Shown: positions 56,945 to 64,000 of the stretch, in pieces | Layout of the letters: each line of letters begins with the position of its first letter | Numbering within the stretch: position 1 is the first letter of the stretch | Source of the DNA: the human T2T-CHM13v2.0 reference genome, Homo sapiens | DNA: 64,000 nucleotides | Strand: one strand, 5' to 3' | Assembly (NCBI RefSeq): GCF_009914755.1 | Contig: NC_060927.1 | Program-made: the position numbers and the translations under genes | Notes under the pieces: generated by a model | What the model saw: only the letters and a program-made list of their open reading frames with translations | The model's database searches: none | What the model was told of the DNA's origin: nothing

Positions 56945-57120
56945 TTGGTTACTACTGCTACATAACAAATCATGGTCAAACTTAGTGAGTGAATACAATA
57001 CATGTCATTTTGTTCACTCTCATGGTTTCTGTGGGTCAGGCATTCTGGAGTGCTGGGCTGGGCAGTTCTGTCTCAGCATCTCTTAGGAGGTTGTAGACAG
57101 ATGATGGCTGCCAGACCATC
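56945..57120 (-). mobile_element. MLT1-type LTR fragment
   Basis: ctactgctacataacaaatcat..tcaaacttagtg...ctcatggtttctgtgggtcagg. Confidence 0.75.
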
Positions 57121-57479
57121 AGAAGGAGGAGGCCATTGGTGGTCAATTTATACCCCCACTTAACATCTTTCTCTATCTCAAGGGAAAGGACTGGGTGAGG
57201 CCAAAGAGGCCTCTTTCTGAGGATACGAAGTGAAGGAGGCATTTTTTCTCAGGGTTATGCAGGTTCTGGCCCTGCCAAAGAAAGTAGATGCCAAACATCT
57301 ACTATGTGTTAGACCTTGGGCAAGATCTTCTACATTTATTTGAGGTGACTTACTCCCTTTAATGTGATGTTTTTTTCAGGGTTAACTTTCTAGATAGGCC
57401 TTTCCTTACCATCCTATCTTCATGCTTTCCCTTTGTATTTTCATCTTATTGCCCAGTGGATCACCTTCGTAGCTTGCTG

Positions 57480-58792
57480 TTTTCCTATGACATTGTACGC
57501 AATTGTTTCCCCGTTTACACTGTATATTGTTGTTTGCCTAGTCACACTGTGTGTGGTTGTTTGTCTAGTTACAGTGTATGTGTTTTTTTTGCCTCGTTAC
57601 ACCATATATAGTTGTTTTCCTATTTATACTGAATGTGGTTATTTCCCTATTTACACTATATGTGTTTTTTTGCCTAGTTACACTGTATATAGTTTGTCTG
57701 GTTACACTGTATGTAATTGTTTCCTTATGTGCACTGTATGTAGTTGTTTGCCTATTTATACTGTATGTGATTGTTTGCCTAGTTATACTCTTTGCTTAGT
57801 TACACTGTATGTGGTTATATACCTGGTTAGACTGTATGTAGTTGTTTCTCTGTTTGCACTGTATGTGATTATATACCTGGTTAGACTGTATGTAGTTGTT
57901 TCTCTGTTTGCACTGTATGTGATTGTTTCTCTGTTCACACTGTATGTGATTGTTTCTCTGTTCACACTGTATGTGATTGTTTCTCTGTTCACACTGTATG
58001 TGATTGTTTTTCTATTTATGCCGTATGTGGTTGTTTCCCTGTTTATACTGTATGTGGTTGTTTCCCTGTTTACACTGTATGTGGTTGCTTTCCTGTTCAC
58101 ATTGTATGTGGTTATTTTTCTATTTACATTATATGTGATTGTTTTTCTGTTTACACTGCATGTGGTTATTTCCCTGTTTACACTGTATGTGGTTATTTTT
58201 CTATTTACATTATATATGATTGTTTTTCTGTTTACATTGTATGTGGTTGTTTCCCTGTTTACACTGTATGTGGTTGTTTCCCTGTTCACACTGTATGTAG
58301 TTGTTTTTCTATTTACACTGTATGTGGTTGTTTCCCTGTTTACACTGTATGTGGTGGTTTCCCCGTTTACACTGTATGTGGTTGTTTTTCTATTTACACT
58401 GTATGTGATTGTTTTTCTATGTACACTGTATGTGGTTCCTTCCCCGTTTACACTGTATGTGGTTGTTTTTCTATTTACACTGTATGTGATTGTTTTTCTA
58501 TGTACACTGTATGTGGTTCCTTCCCTGTTCACACTGTATGTGGTTGTTTTTCTGTTTACATTACACTGTATGTGGTTGTTTTTCTATTTACACTGTATGT
58601 GGTTGTTTCCCTGTTTACACTGTATGTGGTTCTCTGTTTACACTGTATGTGGTTCTCTGTTTACACTGTATGTGCTTTTTTCTCTGTTTACACTATATGT
58701 GATGGTTTTTCTATGTACACTGTATGTGGTTGCTTCCCTGTTTACACTGTATATGGTTGCTTCCCTATTTATACTGTATGTAATTGTTTGCC
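57480..58792. repeat. 27-bp minisatellite (VNTR-like), ~48 units, consensus TTTACACTGTATGTGGTTGTTTCCCTG
   Basis: Directly visible tandem units; 9-aa periodicity in the ORF track (LFTLYVVVS / TTTYSVNRE). Confidence 0.97.
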
Positions 58793-58959
58793 TTTTTATT
58801 GCCTGTCCACCTGCATTCCTTCAGCCTCTATTACTGAAGGTCTGTGAGAGCAGTAGCCATGCCTCTTTCATGCACTACTGTGCACCCAGTAGCATTGCCA
58901 GATTAAATATGGATACTCAGTGAAACTTGAATTGTGACTCAAAACAAATATTACCTTCA

Positions 58960-61290
58960 TTTTACTAATTTATTTTTAAAATGGACACATTATAATTGTA
59001 CATATTTATGGGTATAATTTGATGTTTTGACACGTGTGTGTTGCATAATGATCAAATCAGCATAGTTAACATATCTGTCATCTCATGCATATGTGTTTTC
59101 TTTGTGGTGAAAAGATTCAAAAACCTCTTTTCTAGCTGTTTTGTAAAATACAATACCTTACTTTTAACTACAGTCACTGTACTGTACAATAGAACACCAG
59201 AAGTTATTCCTCCTATCTAATTGTAACTTTGTATCTGTTCACTAACCTGTCCCTATCCTTTCTTCACCCATCCCCTTCCTAGTTTCTGGTAACTACTGTT
59301 CTGTTTTCTACTTTTATGATGTCAGCTTGTTTTACCCCTTAGATTTCACATTTGAGTGACATCATATGATATTTGTCTTTCTGTGTATGGCTTATTTCCC
59401 TTAACATGATAGCCTCCAGTTTCATCCATGTTGCTGCAAATGACAGGAGTTCATTCTTTTTTATGGCTGAGTAATATTCCATTCTGTATATATACTACAT
59501 TTTCTTTATCCATTCATCTGTTGTTGGACACTTAGGTTGATCACATATCTTGGCTATTGTAAATAGTGCTGCAATAAACATGGGAGTGCAGATATCTCTT
59601 TGGCATACTGATTTCATTTCCTTTAGATATATATCCAATAGAAGGGTTGCTGGATTATATGGTAGTTATATTTTTAATTTTGTGAGGAACCTTCCTACTG
59701 TTTTCCAAAATGGCTGTACTAATTTACAATCTCTCTAACAGTGTGTAAGTGTTCCTTTTTCTCCACATCCTCACTAATACTTGTTTTCTTTTCTTTTTTT
59801 TTTTTTTTTGATAGTAGCCATTCTAACTGGAGTGAGGTAGTATCTCCCTGCGGCTTTGATTTGCATTTACCTGATGATTAGTGATGTTGAGTACTTTTTT
59901 CATATCTGTTGCCATGTGTATATTTTCTTTTGAAAAGTGTCTATTAAGCTTGCTCTTTTACCTTTTTTTTTTTTTTTTTTTTTTTGGCAAAGTCTCACTC
60001 TGTCACCTAGGCTGGAGTGTGATGGTACGATCATGGCTTACTGTAGTCTTGACCTCTTGCCTCAAGCCATCATCCCATTTCAATCTCCCAAGTAGCTGGG
60101 ACTATAGGAGCATGCCACCACGCCTGGCTGATTTTTGTAGTTTTTGTAGAGACCGGGTGTTGCCACGTTGCCGAGACTGGTCTCAAACACCTGGGCTTAA
60201 GCAATCTACCTGCCTCAGCTTCCCAAAGTGCTGGGATTGCAGGCATGCACCCAGCTTCTATTTTTTAATTGAGTTATTTGGTTGGTTGGTTGCTGTTAAG
60301 TTCCTTAGCTATTCTGGATATTAACTCCTTGTCAGATGTTTAGTTTGCAGATGTTTTCTCCCATTCAGTAGGTTGTCTCTTCACTCTGTTAATTGTCTTT
60401 TGCTTTGCAAAAGCTTTTTAGTTTGATGTAATCCCATTTGTCTATTTTTGCTTTTGTTGCCTGTATTTTTGAGGTCTTATTTAAAAAATCCTTGCCAAGC
60501 CCAGTGTTGTGAAGCATTTTGCCTGTGTTTTCTTCTAGTAGAGTCATAGCTTTAGGCTTTACATTTAAGTCTTTATTTCATTTTGAGTTGATTTTTGTAT
60601 ATGGTGAGAGGTAGGGGCCTAGTCTCATTCTTCCGCATATGAATATCTGATTTTCTCAGCACCATGTATTAAGGAGACTGTCCTTTTCCTATTGAGTGTT
60701 TTTGGCACATTTGTAAAAAGTCATTTGGCTGTAGGTGTGCTAATTTATTTCTGGGTTCTCTATTCTGTTTCATTGGTCTTTGTGTGTGTTTTTATGCCAG
60801 TACCATGCTGTTTTGATTACTATAATTTTGTAGTATATTTTGAAGTCAGGTAGTGTGATGCTTCTTTCTTCTTTTTGCTCAGAATTGCTTTAGCTATTCT
60901 GGGTTTTTTTGTGATCTCATATGAATTTTAGGATTTTTTTTCTATTTCTATGAAGAATGTCATTGGTATTTTGATAGGAATTATAATAAAGCTATAGATT
61001 GGTTTGGATAGGATGGCCATTTTAGCAATATTAATTCTTTCGGTTCATGGACATGGAATATCTTTTCATTTATTTGTGTCTTCTTCAATTTCTTTCTTCC
61101 TTGTTTTATAGTTTTCATTGTAGAGATCTTTTACCCTGATGGTTATGTTTATTCCTATATAGCTTATTTTTTGGTAGCTGTTGTAAATGGAATTATCTTC
61201 TTGATTTATTTTTCAGGTAGATCACTATTAGCATATAGAAATACTACTGATTTTTTAATGTTGATTTTTGTATCCTGCAACATTATTGAG
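58960..61290 (-). mobile_element. L1MA4-6-type LINE (3' UTR and ORF2 end), interrupted by an AluJ
   Basis: ataattgtacatatttatggg...aatagtgctgcaataaacatgggagtgcagatatctc...aagctttttagtttgatgtaatcccatttgtc. Confidence 0.93.
59963..60255 (-). mobile_element. AluJ inside the L1MA
   Basis: Poly-T, acgatcatggcttactgtagtcttgacctc, gggcttaagcaatctacc. Confidence 0.95.
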
Positions 61291-61705
61291 CAAATAATAT
61301 CCTAGTATAAGTATATGCCAAATGTAAGACATGTTTATACTGAAAAATTATTTATGGTTTTCCTGAAACTCAAATTTAACCAGATGTCTGGTAGGTTTAA
61401 ATGCTACATCCAGCAACCCTAGTACCTGGCGTTGAGTAGGGTGTGTAGCATATTGTAGGAGCTCAATAAATACTTGAATGAACAAGAGAGTGAATACAAT
61501 GAAAGAACACATTTCTTTCTCATGACAATTTTACAAAGTGGATCTTATTATTTTATAGATATGATGAGCAAATAATTCAATAAGCTTGTCTGTGGGTCCA
61601 GAGCCAGTTAGGACAGGGTGGGATAACAGTCAAATTTTGAAACTGCTCTTTTCAGCTTTTCAGTACATTGTGCTGCCTTGCTTTGTTAAATGAAATTTCT
61701 TCCTT

Positions 61706-62252
61706 GTAGCAGTCAGATTTTTTGGTTGTATCAACAGAAAACTGAACCCTCCCTAGTTTAAGCAGAAAAAGATATATTCATGTGTATATTAAAGGATTTT
61801 TAGGAGCTCTGGGTCCCTGGAGGCCAGAGAAACAAACCAGAGGCTGACTGGCCAGGACTGATTCCCCCAGCGTGTTGTAGAACTGATCCAATGGAAATAT
61901 TGATGTTGCCCTCACTGGGCACAGATACTGCAGCCTGCACCATTGACGTCCCCAATGTGGACCACTAGACCACACAGCCAAGCCCCTGACCCTTAGGGCT
62001 TCCAGATGTAGCTGCATCTTTCCTTGCCAGTGTACATACAGCTTCACACTATTTGTCCCAGATATATCTGATTGAGAACCTGAAGGCATATGTCTCCATG
62101 CTAGCTACAAGAGAGTCTGGGAAAGTGAACCTTTGGCTTCTAAAGTCAAAGCTATCTCTGTCTCCCTCTACATTCATTAGAAGGGGAATTTTTCAAGCAC
62201 AGGAAGTATCTTAAAAGGTGCTGGGCAGCCTAAAAGATAATACGTGTCCACT
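61706..62252 (-). mobile_element. MLT1K/L-type MaLR LTR
   Basis: tgtagcagtcagattttttggttgtatcaacagaaa...tttaagcagaaaaag...ctagctacaagagagtctgggaaagtga...gtgctgggcagcc. Confidence 0.75.
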
Positions 62253-62567
62253 TGACACTGCCTTTGAGCTTCAGTAGCGCAATACCTTTTGATTTTTTAA
62301 GGCAGGTATTACTTTCTACCTTGTTTGAAAACAGGAGTTGTGTTTGCTTTAATTTTTTAATGTGCCCACAGAGTACTGAGCCTGTACTCTCAAGAGGCAC
62401 TCAATATATGACCGAATAAAAGCTGAATTATCTGTCTAGTGGGATTTTATAGGTGACTTAAATTCTGTTCGTGTGTATTTAAAAAATTTCCAATCATAAA
62501 CATTTGTAATAAAAATAGTTAAAGTTTCCAAAACTTGATCTAACTGGGAGAAAAACAATAGGTCTGA

Positions 62568-62860
62568 AGTATCTTATCTTCAAATCTGAAATCCAAAATT
62601 CTCTGAATGTCGAAGGATTTTTTTTGTCTGATACCTCATTGGCAGAATTACCTGACCTGAAGTGACACAAGGCTATTTATAGTCTTCATTGTTCCACTTA
62701 ATTGAATATTCATATGTTTCCCGGCAGAAATATTAATGTACTTGATTACAAACTGTTGCCCTGATCTCACTGGAGTACTATACTGTATATGATCTCTATT
62801 ATCTCTATAAAATCTGGAAAACTCTGATGTTCAAGACTCATCAGTCCCCAAGGGTTTTTT
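62568..62860. mobile_element. MER46C-like TcMar-Tigger element
   Basis: cctgacctgaagtgacacaaggctatttatagtctt...gaatattcatatgtttc..gcagaaatattaatgt...ccccaagggttt. Confidence 0.7.
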
Positions 62861-63540
62861 GAAGTGTGTATGCATGTGTGTATTTGTGTATACACACTTG
62901 CATAATATGTACATAGAACGTTCTGGAAGGGTGCATTCAAATTGCCAGCAGTGATTATATCTTACAGAATGGATTAGATGGGGAGATAGTGAGGAATGAA
63001 TTTATGCTTAATATTCTTTAGCATTTCTAATTATTATTATAAAAAACAATTGCCTTTTTAAATGAAAGAAGATAGAGTAGAATTGAATAGAAATGTTCTT
63101 GTACTTAGGAAAATAGTGGTAATATTAATTTTAAAAGATGGTTTGTCAAGTAGGCTATGCGTTTCACATTAGTTCAACATTACAACTGATAAAGACTCAG
63201 AAAAAGTTATACACAGAATAGTCAGTCTCCTGCCTTTTGGACACTATATGCATGCCCAGGTGGCAGGGAATTTACGTCAGCAAAAGCACTAATTTTGCTA
63301 AAAAAAAAAAAAATAGAGGCACACAAAAATGTGATGAGTAAATGAAACAACTGTTATTAGTGACGGATTTGGCATGTTTTACGAAGTCTGAATGATTACT
63401 CATCCACTGTACATTTGCAGAAGTTCTTTAATAAAAACCAGACGCATATGTAGTAGCAGGGGTTAGTAGGTGGATGGGAGGATTAAACCCTGTGCGTTTC
63501 TGGAGCATTGGTTTGTAACTGTTTTTTGGCTTGTCAACAG

Positions 63541-63579
63541 GCTATTTTTCTGAGTCAGCCTATAGGATGGCTTCCCAGG
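63541..63579 (+). other. Candidate 39-nt exon containing a Kozak-context ATG (M-A-S-Q-)
   Basis: tgtaac branch-like motif at about -23; ctgttttttggcttgtcaacag|GCT...AGGATGGCTTCCCAGG|gtaagt; unique sequence context. Confidence 0.45.
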
Positions 63580-64000
63580 GTAAGTCTGATTTTGCTTTTC
63601 TGGTTTTAAAATATAAAGTGGTAATGGAGAGCTGACTAGTTGCTCTCTGCATTAGATTCTGTAAATCAATATTGCCTGCATTTCTTCTGTAAGAAAGACA
63701 TTGGTCGCATTTCAGCATATTCTAGTGTTCCTGCTGCTCATTTTTGTAGCTTTGCCTTACCTCCCCCTAATTTTAAAAGTCAAATGCCCAAGTGCTGAAA
63801 GAATTTGCAAGGGGAATTGCAAAGGTCATGTGTAAGTTCTGTGGCTGAAGTGTGGAGAGCAGTATGATTGAGCTGCAGCCCTTCATGAACCTTTCTTTTC
63901 AAGAGGAGGTTTCCAATAAATTAGGGTAGCACACTTTATGTGCTTGTTTATGACCTTAAAAATGGTTTAGATTTTGCTGAGTGGCCATTACTGCTGCTTT

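Larger units (their letters stand above)
58890..61421. mobile_element. MER53 MITE split by an L1 (halves ~58890-58955 and ~61292-61421)
   Basis: tagcattgccagattaaatatggatactcagtgaaacttgaatt and tagtataagtat...ctgaaactcaaatttaacc...gcaacccta; degenerate TSD gcacccag / gtacctgg. Confidence 0.8.
57380..61505 (+). mobile_element. L2 3' end split into pieces (~57380-57480, 58795-58889, 61422-61505) by the VNTR and nested insertions
   Basis: aggcctttccttaccatcctatct...; tttattgcctgtcc...gtgagagcag; ...taggagctcaataaatacttgaatgaa. Confidence 0.65.

Noticed and set aside
57480-58792. CRISPR-like array
   Set aside because: Units are head-to-tail with no unique spacers, the context is human, and there are no cas genes.
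57433-58923. 496-aa hydrophobic ORF (and the antisense 249-aa ORF) as a membrane or repeat protein
   Set aside because: It is a by-product of a 27-bp unit with no stop in that frame. It starts at TTG, has no promoter or exon context, and changes repeat frame at indels.

Overview
Human non-coding DNA. An AluYb8 insertion with its diagnostic 7-bp duplication points to Homo sapiens. The window is most likely the interior of a very long intron of a gene transcribed on the + strand: the + strand is G/T-rich, and 10 of 13 Alus, all 7 MaLR LTRs and most L1 pieces lie antisense. I could not identify the host gene, and no ORF in the supplied track is a credible protein-coding gene. The window is a mosaic of MIR, L2, L1, Alu, LTR and hAT/TcMar fossils; repeat boundaries and subfamily calls are by eye and approximate unless a TSD is given. 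Signals the repeat catalogue does not explain: (1) a ~1.3-kb 27-bp minisatellite grown inside an L2, carrying paired Forkhead and RUNX motifs (57.5-58.8 kb); (2) two strong + strand splice candidates, a 6-nt microexon or recursive site (56567-56572) and a 39-nt exon containing a Kozak ATG (63541-63579); (3) several local templated-duplication scars, including three direct doublets ~0.8-1.2 kb apart, a ~150-bp inverted duplication with a patchwork junction, and two perfect hairpins in one L1; (4) a young, possibly polymorphic AluYb8. I see no CRISPR array, RNA gene or demonstrably new gene system; all functional proposals are hypotheses.
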